From a virus (taxonomy: Duplodnaviria; Caudoviricetes), in the IMG/VR virus record IMGVR_UViG_2974647559_000001, positions 20,609-84,608 of that record: 64,000 bases of DNA, one strand, 5' to 3'. The notes under the pieces are model-generated. The model ran no database searches. It was not told the origin of the DNA and worked only from the letters and a program-made list of their open reading frames with translations. This document shows, one piece after another, positions 1-10,112 of this stretch. The position numbers and the translations under genes are program-made. Position 1 is the stretch's first letter. Each line of letters begins with the position of its first letter.

Positions 1-638
1 CCATTACTTGACAGCAAGAACCCTGCTGCACAAGCTGCCGCATCTTCCCATCCACTCATGCCACGAAATTCAAAACCATGTATCTGGAACTGTGTACCAT
101 CAGTCGAACCCGTCGTCTTGGTTGCCCAATCATTAGTAAGCTTCCTGTACTCACGTATAATTGTAGCCACTGTAGCAGGCTTCCACAACTGTGCAGACAA
201 GTATGTCTCTAGGTAATTAGTCAACCAAGCAAACCGATTGTCCGTGTTGCGAATAGTAAAGAATGGCACTTTAATATCTACGCGACTACCTTCTGGTAGA
301 GACTTGACCTGAATAGGTAAATAGCCTAAATCATGTAGCTCTGCAAAGTGGTCCATTCCTACAGCACCAACCCCAAGGTAAGCATCAAATAGACGCTTAG
401 TTTCAGCTAGCACTTCTTCTTTATTGCGACTGAAAAACTCCTTATCCCATAGGTTATGCATTTGTTTCAGTACAGCTTGCAGACCAAACCAGACAATCTT
501 ATCATCAAAATCTTCGTGGTTTACTGGTAAATATTTACTAGAACGTGGTGTCATGTTCGAGTAAATGCTTTCAGTACCTTCGGTCATAAAACCTTTGTGA
601 CTTAGTTTGTAGCTGTCTGTTAAAAATAATGGGTTCAT
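1..638 (-). CDS. nadV: Nicotinamide phosphoribosyltransferase-like protein (NAMPT/Namat); 5' part only, runs off the window
   Basis: Manual translation from ATG at 638 gives MNPLFLTDSYKLSHKGFMTEGTESIYSNMTPRSSKY, with the TDSYKxSH motif. RBS AAGGAG lies upstream, 9 bp after the prs-like stop. Confidence 0.9.
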   Translation of the reverse strand, partial: MNPLFLTDSYKLSHKGFMTEGTESIYSNMTPRSSKYLPVNHEDFDDKIVWFGLQAVLKQMHNLWDKEFFSRNKEEVLAETKRLFDAYLGVGAVGMDHFAELHDLGYLPIQVKSLPEGSRVDIKVPFFTIRNTDNRFAWLTNYLETYLSAQLWKPATVATIIREYRKLTNDWATKTTGSTDGTQFQIHGFEFRGMSGWEDAAACAAGFLLSSN

Positions 639-647
639 ATATTCTCC

Positions 648-1454
648 TTATTTACCTAAATTAAAATTCAACACATCAGTTTGGTTTACATAATTACCAA
701 CTGTGTGCCAACAATAGATATTATCTATCTTGTCTTTGAAGATGTCAAGCCCTTTTGCTGCAATTAAATGTGTTACGTATAAATCAACAATAGCTCCTAG
801 CGACTTAAGCTTCTCTGCTAGCGGAATGAAGGTGCCGCCCGCATCCATTAAATCATCTACAATCAACAACTTACAACCAGTTAAGTCAACATCAGTGTCT
901 AGTGCTGTCTCAACAATACGTCCCGTAGAAACATCCCGCACCTTAGTTGCAGTGATTACTGGCATACCTAACTCATATATCTTCTTTAATGCACCTTTAT
1001 CTGGTGCAACCACATAGTCATACTGCTTTAAATTATGTACCACTTCACTAATTGCAATATACTGAGGCATATCATTTAAACCACAATAGTCTACCCAATC
1101 TGGATTATGCGAATCTACAGTTCGTACTTCATCAAACCCTTGAGTAATAATCTCAAGGAACACCTCTAGTGGTAGAGGATTGCCGTGTTCAAACACCCTG
1201 TCTGCTCTAGCAAAAGGACAGTACGGAATGTTTAAACCAACCTTATATTCTGTGCTGCTATTAGCATAACCTAGCGCACTCCTAACCAGCAGAACTTCCA
1301 TCAAGATATCTTTTACTGGTGTAATTGGGTCAACTGTAACCCAAGCAGTTTTAAATTGTGGTGGGCAATCAATTAGTTTACAAGTATTGGCACCATCACT
1401 AAATTCTAACCAATCTATTTTGATTGGTTTGTTGTCAATTGTTAAACGAATCAT
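648..1454 (-). CDS. prs: Ribose-phosphate pyrophosphokinase-like protein (PRS/Adps)
   Basis: FSDG, PFARADR, VAPDKGA and LIVDDLMDAGGTF (PRPP-binding loop) motifs. Confidence 0.92.
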   Translation of the reverse strand: MIRLTIDNKPIKIDWLEFSDGANTCKLIDCPPQFKTAWVTVDPITPVKDILMEVLLVRSALGYANSSTEYKVGLNIPYCPFARADRVFEHGNPLPLEVFLEIITQGFDEVRTVDSHNPDWVDYCGLNDMPQYIAISEVVHNLKQYDYVVAPDKGALKKIYELGMPVITATKVRDVSTGRIVETALDTDVDLTGCKLLIVDDLMDAGGTFIPLAEKLKSLGAIVDLYVTHLIAAKGLDIFKDKIDNIYCWHTVGNYVNQTDVLNFNLGK

Positions 1455-1970
1455 TTAACCCTCCAACTTATAAATAACAACATCTTTAACATAAGGAACT
1501 ACCAGATGCTCAATCAATTCTAACACAATATTCCAATCTCCACCAGCACGATCTGACGCCATTTTGTATGGGACACCAATTGTAACATTAAGTGGATAGA
1601 TAGGCCATTCTTCATCCAATTCAAACTGTATTACACGGTAACAATGAGATAATGCAGAAGCTATAGCACCATAACTTACATAGCGCTTTTTATTATACCC
1701 ATAAAACTCTTGCCCTATCAGATTGAGAACTCTCCCACCTTCGATACAATCACCTAAGAAATGCTTAAGTGTCCTGCGTTCTTGTAACATATCATAACGT
1801 CTACGGTAAGCTAAATAGGCATCTGGAATACGAGCCTTAATCTCCTTAGCTACACCACTTCCCATAACACCTTGTGCGTTACAACAATGTGCAATAAAGT
1901 CCACCTCACCATCAAGCAAAGCATCTACAACATTTCCAGTTCTGTGAATAATACCCATATCACCCTCCAA
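1455..1970 (-). CDS. Macrodomain (ADP-ribose binding/hydrolase) protein
   Basis: GNVVDA..IAHCCNAQGVMGSGVAKEI and PYKMASDRAGGDW signatures. Confidence 0.88.
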   Translation of the reverse strand: MEGDMGIIHRTGNVVDALLDGEVDFIAHCCNAQGVMGSGVAKEIKARIPDAYLAYRRRYDMLQERRTLKHFLGDCIEGGRVLNLIGQEFYGYNKKRYVSYGAIASALSHCYRVIQFELDEEWPIYPLNVTIGVPYKMASDRAGGDWNIVLELIEHLVVPYVKDVVIYKLEG

Positions 1971-2074
1971 TTTAACCTATCTACAAGCGCCTACAATCAA
2001 TTATACAGTCATACCCTAACCAACGTACTACTTACCCCATAAAACCTCTCATAGACGCTCTACGGTTGTTTAAA
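1971..2074. repeat. Dispersed ~104-bp imperfect palindromic element, copy 1
   Basis: TTTAA..CTACAA..CAACGTACT (+50)..GTTGTTTAAA (TAAA at +100). Confidence 0.7.
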
Positions 2075-2077
2075 TGG

Positions 2078-3165
2078 CTATTTCAAGATACCTTTCACTT
2101 TAAGGTAGTCTATAAACTCAGCCAATTTGGTCAAATTCGCCGTCCTTCTACCATGGGAATAGAACTCAAAATCCTCTGGATTACTCATTAAGACTTCATT
2201 TGCTGTTTCTAGCAAGTCATTTAGTGTCGGTGGTAATCCAATATAAGGAGAACCATCCTTAGTAAAATAACGAGTCTTTCCTTGGTTATCTAAACTACTG
2301 AAACCAACCCATCTGATGTCTGATGACATATTATTTATCCTTATTTCACTAAACTAGCTGCATATTCTAGTAAATAAACGCGAGGTGCTAACCAGATTTG
2401 TAACCAATCAATTGTAAACATAGGACATGCAACTACATACATCACAATGTTTAGCCCACCAAGAGGTACCAATAGTGCTTCAAGTGTGTCTATTTCTTTC
2501 CAAAGCCATCTGGTAAATTTATAACTTACAAACAATAGCAAACAAGAACTAAAGAAAGACAACAAACTCTCAGTAAACTTCCATGTTAGTAATTCCTGAA
2601 CAACCAATGGGATTTCATCAAATGCTGCACTACCAATCTCAGCAGCCTTATTAACTAAGTTTAATAATACATCTTCCGCGCGTTGTTGTAATTCTGATTT
2701 ATCACTCATAACATTCTCCTTATTTACCAATTCTAATATAATTAACACCAGTTGCTGATTCTAACTGCACCACAACACCATTGTCAACTCTAACATTCAC
2801 AAAACTGCCATTTATTTTTGCTTCCTGCCAGTCAATGTGTTGATTCACCTGTCTTGAATACTCCCAACTAATCTTCTGGTAGTCTGTACGGTCTATATGA
2901 TATCGGAAGTTACCTATAAATGCAAACATTATTTAGCCTCCATTAAAACTATTTCTGTTGTATAACTAACTGAACCAATCTTTTGCGATAAGCCTAACAC
3001 ACGTTGATAATCTTCGCAAACTTTATCTACCACTTCGTTGTAATTTAATTCCCTATCTGATATTACATCAAACTCCAACACCTTATCGTGGTTGTCAAAC
3101 TCATTGAAGTAGTGAGTGAGTGTGCCAGTGTATTTGTACATTTTTTGTGATTTAATTGTTGGCAA
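2078..3165 (-). other. Four small hypothetical phage ORFs (2078-2329; 2341-2748 with 2 TM segments; 2720-2929; 2929-3165)
   Basis: Tightly packed co-oriented ORFs with AAGGAG/GATAA-type RBS. Confidence 0.7.
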
Positions 3166-3568
3166 TTTGTTTCTCCTGTAAAACCAATATCAAACAGCAG
3201 GCTATTGCGCGCAGTGGGTTTTTATCACCAAACTGCTCACCATCAGCGCAAATACCGTCAATCTCATCAAATGCGCTAACATCTAAATAGTTTTCATATT
3301 TTACAGCTAAATAGCCATCACGAAGATGAATGGCGCTAATGCCATGCTCAAACACCAGAGGCATTATGTCTGAAACGTCACGGCAATATGCGGGGCATTC
3401 CCTATAGTATGACCCTTCGGGGTATTTTATCACGTTACTATAAATACCATCACCCGTATCAACATAGTGCTGCCCAATAAATTCTGCCTTGGGGTTTAGT
3501 AATAATTCAAGTTCTTTATTTACCTGCGCGTCACTCATACCCCGCAACTGTTCTTTTGTGTGTTTCAT
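3152..3568 (-). CDS. NinX/DUF2591-like phage protein
   Basis: YCRDVSDIMPLV..HGI and DKNPLRAIACCLI pattern. Confidence 0.6.
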   Translation of the reverse strand: MKHTKEQLRGMSDAQVNKELELLLNPKAEFIGQHYVDTGDGIYSNVIKYPEGSYYRECPAYCRDVSDIMPLVFEHGISAIHLRDGYLAVKYENYLDVSAFDEIDGICADGEQFGDKNPLRAIACCLILVLQEKQIANN

Positions 3569-3661
3569 AATTAATCTCCTTATTTATCTGTTGTGGGAAG
3601 TATGGGCTAATTGGGTTTGGTTGTCAATATGGATTGCAGGATAATTTACTGCGGTTCTTCT

Positions 3662-4969
3662 TTATTTCCTTTTAACAACACAGTTATTTCCACCAACAAC
3701 CACTTGGTATGCCTTGTACATATTAGCTTCTGCAATATCTGCATAGTCCTCTTGAACAATAACACTGTCGTGTATTGGTACAAGGAGGCGATCATCTTCT
3801 ACTGCACGCTCTAGCATGTAATCCATAAGACTGGATTCGATATTCATTAAAAATGTAGCTTTCTTGGCAAAGAAGAAGTCCAATAGGTAAGCATTCCTAT
3901 CCATTAACATATCCAACATCTTACGGATAATTGGAAACTCTTGCCACTCACCTCTTTGCTTTGCATCATCAATCTTTGCTTGCATACCAGAGGATTTTAG
4001 TTCCCCTAGTGTGGCGTAGTAAGCTGTATCAAAGTTATCGGCATTAAATAGGCACATTAGACCCACTTTAGCTAAATCTCTCATTACTTTAGGACAATAA
4101 CCTTCTATCTGCACACCATAAACATCAAAATCTGGCGCTAATTCTTGTCCAACTAAATCAGCAGCAATTCTAGGCCATAATTGGCTGTAGTCAATCTCAA
4201 CAGTCTGTATGTCATTAATAAATATCTGCCTACGATTCTCTTTGTTGAGTAAATCCGACACATCAGAACCAGTCATGAAAACCCTCCCGCCTTCTTTGAG
4301 TGATGAGTTATTAAAGATTTTACGTAATGCTACATGGAATCTATCATCTTGAATGTTTATTTTCCCTTTGTCAAGTGCAGTATTAAAAGCGTTAAGAACA
4401 TCAACCAGATGCTTCTCTTTCTCTGTTAACCTGATACCGATAGGTTTACCATTGCTGTCTCTCACCTCTATTACGCTGTCTTTAATAGTAAAATCCTTAA
4501 CATTTTCGGACACTTGTTTAATTATTTTCTCACAAAGGTATAGTTTACTTGTCTCAAACGACTGAGGAACCATCCTAAACTTATCCTTACCTTCTGAATC
4601 GACACCTACATGAGTTAGCCGGTAGTCAGTTGCACCCCCTTTCTCTGTAATCGAATGAGTATAATTCTCCAAGTAACTTAACACTATCTTCATGTTTGTA
4701 TAACTTATTTTCCTACCCGTGTTGTTTCCATTATAAATCACTGGAACTGAGTAAGCATTCTCATCTAATGTAAGTGTTATGTAAGGTCTACCTTTGTTGA
4801 CAATGTAGGCAGTATTTAGGATCATGCAGTAGCAACACCTCTTTATGTCTGTCATTCTTTTTGCTGTAATCTTAGTACCCGTGAAGTCAGTTAGGTACTT
4901 AATAACATCCTTGTACAGCGTATCACCAACTAATGAAAGTTTCTTATTTAATTTATAATCTAATATCAT
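3662..4969 (-). CDS. Compact PolA/T7-RNAP-superfamily palm-domain protein
   Basis: GGRVF, EIDYSQLWPRI (motif A), RDLAKVGLM (motif B) and PIHDSV (motif C), in the correct order. Confidence 0.6.
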   Translation of the reverse strand: MILDYKLNKKLSLVGDTLYKDVIKYLTDFTGTKITAKRMTDIKRCCYCMILNTAYIVNKGRPYITLTLDENAYSVPVIYNGNNTGRKISYTNMKIVLSYLENYTHSITEKGGATDYRLTHVGVDSEGKDKFRMVPQSFETSKLYLCEKIIKQVSENVKDFTIKDSVIEVRDSNGKPIGIRLTEKEKHLVDVLNAFNTALDKGKINIQDDRFHVALRKIFNNSSLKEGGRVFMTGSDVSDLLNKENRRQIFINDIQTVEIDYSQLWPRIAADLVGQELAPDFDVYGVQIEGYCPKVMRDLAKVGLMCLFNADNFDTAYYATLGELKSSGMQAKIDDAKQRGEWQEFPIIRKMLDMLMDRNAYLLDFFFAKKATFLMNIESSLMDYMLERAVEDDRLLVPIHDSVIVQEDYADIAEANMYKAYQVVVGGNNCVVKRK

Positions 4970-5071
4970 GTTTATGCCTCTTAAACCAACTATAAGAGTT
5001 GGGATTCTCCCAATAACGGATAAATATTAAAAATACCAATAACCACAAGGGCTAGAGGTATTGTTTGCTTC

Positions 5072-5281
5072 CTATTCTTTGTCACAAAATACCACTGTTT
5101 CTTTGTCTAAAATAACATCATAATAATACGATGCTGACAGTAGATACTCCACCCACACAGATCGAGTGAAGTCGTCGCTACCGTAAGGGCAAACCTTCTC
5201 CATCATCTCAATCCAATCTTTAGGTTGTAAACCACATACTCTCCAAGGTAAAACTTTAGTTGTGTTGTCAATGTATAGCAT
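5072..5281 (-). CDS. Hypothetical protein
   Basis: ORF with GAGAGGTG RBS. Confidence 0.55.
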   Translation of the reverse strand: MLYIDNTTKVLPWRVCGLQPKDWIEMMEKVCPYGSDDFTRSVWVEYLLSASYYYDVILDKETVVFCDKE

Positions 5282-5423
5282 ATATAGTCACCTCTCAATT
5301 ATCACAGCAAGAGAAATTCCCACTGTCTATACCTAATTTTACCACAGGTAACACATAAATAGAAGCCGCATAGACGTCCAAATCAGTCAAGAAATAATAT
5401 AAATAAATTTTATCTATTGGTTG

Positions 5424-5452
5424 TTGACACGGTAATTTGGAAGGTGTATTAT
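5424..5452 (+). promoter_or_regulatory. Sigma70 promoter
   Basis: TTGACA-17-TATTAT with an AT-rich UP region. Confidence 0.8.
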
Positions 5453-5476
5453 TGGCACATCGAAACGAGATAGGAG

Positions 5477-7300
5477 ATGGTTATGAAAGACTTTACAGGT
5501 AAAGAATTAAAAGTAGGTGATTTAGTTATAGTTGCACATGTGACGGGTTATTCTTTTGATGTTGGTATGAAGGTTACACACGTAATTGCTTTTTGTGAAA
5601 AGACTAATAAGATATTGACAGAGAATGACCAAACTTTTGGGTATTCACCAGAATCGGTTGCCAAGGTTTGGTGTTAAGGAGAAACCAAATGAGTATGTTC
5701 TGCAAACATAAGTGGGAGATTTTATCTGAATTGAAAACTGACAGTATCTATGATAGAGTGAGGCGAGATGGTGGTAGCCTGTCATCGTCTAGTGTTTATG
5801 GGATGAAAGAAATAATGGGGTGTAGACTTATCCAATTGTGTACATGCACCAAATGCGGTAAGATTAAGAAATTCGTAGAACATATTTAAAAGAAGTGGTG
5901 ACTAAATATAGCATTTAAACAAACACACAGGATTGTGGCGCCATTATCTACAGAAACATAGGTCAACGTATTGACTACAGGATAAAATGGCTTAGAATTG
6001 ATTATAGACAGCTTAAAAGCTAAAGAGAATAAGGGGAATAATTATGTACCATTTAGTTTTACGTCAATATGATGGAACTTATATAAGAATCGAGAACGAA
6101 GAACCATTCGACCAATATGAAATTGCAGGTTATGAAAGTGAATATTGTCAGTATACTGTTGACAATACCAGACCTTACTACGATAATCAGGTGAGGTACG
6201 ATGCTGTGGCAGTTAATATCTTTCAATCGGAATAAGGAGAATAATTATGTTTTTAGTTAAACATTTTCAATATGGGTTAGCGGTTAAGGTAGATTTCTTC
6301 CATAACTCAAGAGAGACTGTTATTGGTAGTGTTGAATGTTACGAAACACTAGAGGCCAAATGGAGAGAGTTCTTTGCTTTAGGTTATATCATGGGGAGTA
6401 AAACCAACATGGTGACTGGTTGGGTGAGCAATAGAGACTTGAAAGTTCAAGCTGAAGCTGCTAGAATGCTATCAGAAGTGTTTGATATATTCGAGGATGA
6501 TTTCACTAAAGAAGAATTGATTAAACTTGGTTATAAAGAAACTAACACATTACGAAAAGGAGGAGAACTGCAGTGACTAAATTACAAAACATGAAAATTC
6601 GTATCAATAATCCAGAACATTCTAAGGAAGTGCAGGAGTGTTTGTTTAAATTAGGATATATGTGGAACAGTCAACTGTTCCCTACTGTTTGGAGGGCTGA
6701 AGATGCTGACAACCTCTTCACTTATAAAAGTGGTAAGATTTATTGTGCTGCTGATACTGGTCAGGAGTATTTTGTGGAACACAACAACACAGAAGTTACC
6801 CTAGAGGATTTACGAGCTATGCTAGCTGAACAGTGTGCTGGTGCTACTAAGGTGGGTACGGTGGATATCCGTCCATTTTCTATAGATACTACAGAGAATC
6901 AAATAACATTCCAAGAACTACAAGAACTGGTTAGCACCACCAATATTGAGCTTACATTTCAAACCAACGGTAAAGTTCATATTTATGACTATGATACAGA
7001 CACAGGGAAAGAGTTTGACAGTGTGGAGGATGCTGTATTATTGTTAAAGGCTAAGGCTGAGTACCTAAAGGAGTGGAATAAATTATGAACCAACAACAAG
7101 AATTACAAACATTCCTAGCTGCATTACAACAAGCCAGTAAGCAAGCTGTTGGGTTACGTCAGATGAATGTCACAGATAAGTCTAACCGAAGTGAATGGAT
7201 TGTTGGGGTAGGAAATCAAATGTTCTCATTGTGGTGTAATCCTGATGACAGTTGGGGTTGGGAGTATTACAACCCGATGCAAAGTAATTTTGGATTTTGA
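5477..7300 (+). other. Six small early hypothetical ORFs (5477-5677; 5689-5889; 6044-6235; 6247-6576; 6573-7088; 7085-7300)
   Basis: Co-oriented, with overlapping start/stop codons and RBS motifs. Confidence 0.7.
5914..6018. repeat. Dispersed ~104-bp element, copy 2
   Basis: TTTAAA..GCCATTATCTA..CAACGTATT (+50)..GATAAAATGGCTT..TTAAAA (+100). Confidence 0.7.
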
Positions 7301-7312
7301 TTGAAATGGTTA

Positions 7313-7341
7313 TTGACAGGCTAATTTCAGTCTGCAATACT
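7313..7341 (+). promoter_or_regulatory. Sigma70 promoter of the pentapeptide-repeat gene
   Basis: TTGACA-17-AATACT. Confidence 0.6.
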
Positions 7342-7371
7342 AGGCACAGCTTACAACAAAGGAGATAAATT

Positions 7372-8364
7372 ATGAAAGGTTACAAAGCTTTTAATCGTGT
7401 AAAGGGTTGCGACAAATCTGGTATGTGTCGTGGCATGTTGTTCGAGGAAGGGGAAATCTATGAAATAACAGGAGAACTCAAGATTTACAGTAACGGCCTA
7501 CATTTTTGTGAATACTTAGTCCAGACCTTTGAATATTATGAGTATGACCATTCAAAGACTATTTATGCGGAAGTAGAGGCAATCGGAGATTTAGATGTAG
7601 AAGATTTGTTGGAGTTTAAGTATGCAACCAACAAACTCAAAGTAGTTAAATTTTTAACACAATCAGAAGTAGAAGCCATGTTCTCTGACGACAAACGGAA
7701 TACTGGTAATCAGAATACTGGTAATCAGAATACTGGTTTTCAGAATACTGGTAATCGAAATACTGGTAATCAGAATACTGGTAATTGGAATACTGGTAAT
7801 TGGAATACTGGTGATTGGAATACTGGTAATCGGAATACTGGTAATCAGAATACTGGTTTTCAGAATACTGGTGATCAGAATACTGGTTTTCTGAATACTG
7901 GTGATCGGAATACTGGTAATCAGAATACTGGTAATTGGAATACTGGTAATCGGAATACTGGTGATTGGAATACTGGTAATCGGAATACTGGTGATTGGAA
8001 TACTGGTTATTGGAATACTGGTAATCAGAATACTGGTGATCAGAATACTGGTAATCGGAATACTGGTAATTGGAATACCTCAGATAGAAACACAGGGTTT
8101 TTCAATACGAAACCTATTAGTACCATTTTAGTATTCAATGTTGAAACTTCCTTAGATGAGTGGGGTAGCTGCGAAAAACCTAATTTTGTTTATTTTAACT
8201 TAGTGGGTTGTGGTGACTACAAAAAGTCATTCATTGCGAGTTTTAACAAAACAAAAAAATCAGATGTTGAGTTGCTATTAAAACTGCCAAACTTTGATTA
8301 CAAAGTATTTGAAGAAATTTCTGGAATATCTGAGCAAATGATTATGGATAAATTGAGCCAATAG
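7372..8364 (+). CDS. Pentapeptide (NTGxx) repeat protein with a conserved phage N-terminal domain
   Basis: N-terminal KGYKAF..GLHFCE..YAEVEAIG domain followed by 27 NTGxx-type repeats. Confidence 0.85.
   Translation: MKGYKAFNRVKGCDKSGMCRGMLFEEGEIYEITGELKIYSNGLHFCEYLVQTFEYYEYDHSKTIYAEVEAIGDLDVEDLLEFKYATNKLKVVKFLTQSEVEAMFSDDKRNTGNQNTGNQNTGFQNTGNRNTGNQNTGNWNTGNWNTGDWNTGNRNTGNQNTGFQNTGDQNTGFLNTGDRNTGNQNTGNWNTGNRNTGDWNTGNRNTGDWNTGYWNTGNQNTGDQNTGNRNTGNWNTSDRNTGFFNTKPISTILVFNVETSLDEWGSCEKPNFVYFNLVGCGDYKKSFIASFNKTKKSDVELLLKLPNFDYKVFEEISGISEQMIMDKLSQ
7699..8103 (+). repeat. In-frame 15-bp tandem repeat (AATACTGGT + 6 variable nt) x25 plus 2 degenerate units
   Basis: Direct reading of the sequence. 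Confidence 0.95.
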
Positions 8365-8373
8365 CACTTCCCA

Positions 8374-8478
8374 TTTAAACGCTCTGTAAGAGCCTCAGAG
8401 CAATTCTGAGGCTATCCCTAAGCCAACACACTCATTCAGATAGATAATGGCTTGTAGATGCTTACAGGTATCTTAAAA
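8374..8478. repeat. Dispersed ~104-bp element, copy 3
   Basis: TTTAAA..CTGTAAG..CAACACACT (+50)..TAGATAATGGCTTGTAG..CTTACAGG..TTAAAA (+100). Confidence 0.7.
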
Positions 8479-9000
8479 TTGAGAACCAGCATGGTAAATC
8501 TTAGAACCGGATGCAATTTTCATAGAACCAGTCCATCATTCCAAAATACCAACAACGTTCACCGTTGCACCAACGACACTTTTCATAAAGACTAGTAGGT
8601 AAATCCTTGAAATAGCTAGAAATTTTGAGACTAGAGGTGTTTGCCGATTTTCAGCCAGAAAAATTCAGAAATTTGTACAGAATATGTAAACCAAAAATTT
8701 ACAAACAGAAATAACTCATTAACATTCTGTTAATATTTAATATGTAAATTATTTGTTAATGATGTTGCAAAAATGTAAATTGTTACAGGCAGCCCCCCTG
8801 TTTGTCTCCTACCGTATTCAGTAGCCATCACGCATAACAAGAGTATAGCAAACAACTGCAAAGAATTACAAGCAATAAAACAAAATAAATTAAAAATAAC
8901 TTTATCCTGATTTTTAAACATTGGCATGTTGTTTGCTACGCGCACAATGCTATATAAGAAAGACAATAAAATTTATTTTAATTATTTTCACAAAAACAGG

Positions 9001-9029
9001 TTGACAGCCTAAATTAAAACAACTAAGCT
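9001..9029 (+). promoter_or_regulatory. Early sigma70 promoter
   Basis: TTGACA-17-TAAGCT. Confidence 0.8.
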
Positions 9030-9436
9030 TTACGCAAGTTAAGGCAATAGTGCCGGATAATGTAAATAGGTGATTTATGCATAAAAATATAGGATACCAC
9101 ACCAGATCAATGGAAGACGGTAAAAAATTAGTAGGGGGTTCTTTTGGCGGTGCAATCGACCAGGAGACTGTCGAAAGAATCTCGCGCTTGTTTACAGTCA
9201 TTATTAAACCATCAGGCAGGGCTGTTTTTGTTGATGACAAAGGTAATGAAGTATACCTCTATTTTTCTATTGACCCCCAAAATACAGAGAAAGGTAAGCA
9301 GGCAATAAAAGAAGATCGACAAAAACGAGAATTAAAACAAAAAGAAGAACAAGAGCTATTGGAACAACAAGAGAGAGAATTAACCGAAGCTATGCAAGGC
9401 TTGAGCCACGAGGAAATATTGGAAAAGCTTGCAAAA

Positions 9437-9482
9437 TAATTTAAATTAGCGCTTGCATTAGCTGGCGCTATAAACTAAGCTT
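9437..9482 (+). promoter_or_regulatory. Early sigma70 promoter (duplicated type)
   Basis: ATAATTTAAATTAGCGC-TTGCAT(9453)-17-TAAGCT(9476). Confidence 0.8.
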
Positions 9483-9860
9483 TGCTGGAATTAATCAAAC
9501 CGGAGTTTTACAAGATGATAGACTACACAGCTTACTTAAAACATAGGCATACAATTGTTTGCCAATATATTATAGGTAATTCTGACCAATTGCCAGCCAG
9601 TTTAAAAATTTCGTCGGCTATGGGGGCAACATCTATTAGAACAAAAAACGGTAAAATGCAAGATCATTACGAAAACGTTTTAGAAGGTTTAGCTGATGAT
9701 TTGTTAAATGCTATACAATACCCGCTAAACACTTTTAGCAGTGGTGACCAAGCTTTTCAGATGTTTAGACTACTACCGTTTAAAGTGTATAAAATGTGCT
9801 GGTCTGAAGTTGTAAAACTTTGTATTAAGGAACTAGAAAAATGATAAGAATAAAGATAAA

Positions 9861-9907
9861 ATAATTTAAATTAGCGCTTGCATTAATGGGCGCTATCAAC
9901 TAAGCTT
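9861..9907 (+). promoter_or_regulatory. Early sigma70 promoter (duplicated type)
   Basis: ATAATTTAAATTAGCGC-TTGCAT(9878)-17-TAAGCT(9901). Confidence 0.8.
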
Positions 9908-10112
9908 AACGCATCAAAACAAACAAGGGCTTTAAAAATGATTACATTAGCTTTATTCTCAATCACTGTACTGGCTACGATTGGATCGGTTAAATCTGGC
10001 CACAGTAAGTTGGCGTTTATGTCTGCAATGTCTTGTGTTGCTGTAATTGCTGGGAGTATATAACCCTAACGGGTTATGCCTTCTTTCGTTATCACTCAAT
10101 AAGGTGTTAAAA

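Noticed and set aside
730-1017. Short antisense ORFs within long genes (e.g. 730-1017, 4353-4565, 15837-16322, 22594-22869, 33609-34187, 41350-41583, 43795-44974, 47248-47520, 50232-51751, 59412-62722)
   Set aside because: They fully overlap well-supported genes on the other strand or frame and have no RBS or recognisable motif.
7699-8103. CRISPR-like constant/variable array
   Set aside because: The units are only 15 bp, in frame, and encode NTGxx repeats. There is no leader, no spacers of CRISPR length and no cas genes.
7901-8131. ORF of ILVIG repeats
   Set aside because: It is an out-of-frame shadow of the pentapeptide repeat.
8730-9240. Minus-strand ORFs 8730-8966 and 8950-9240
   Set aside because: They are antisense to strong plus-strand promoters and a real gene, with no RBS.
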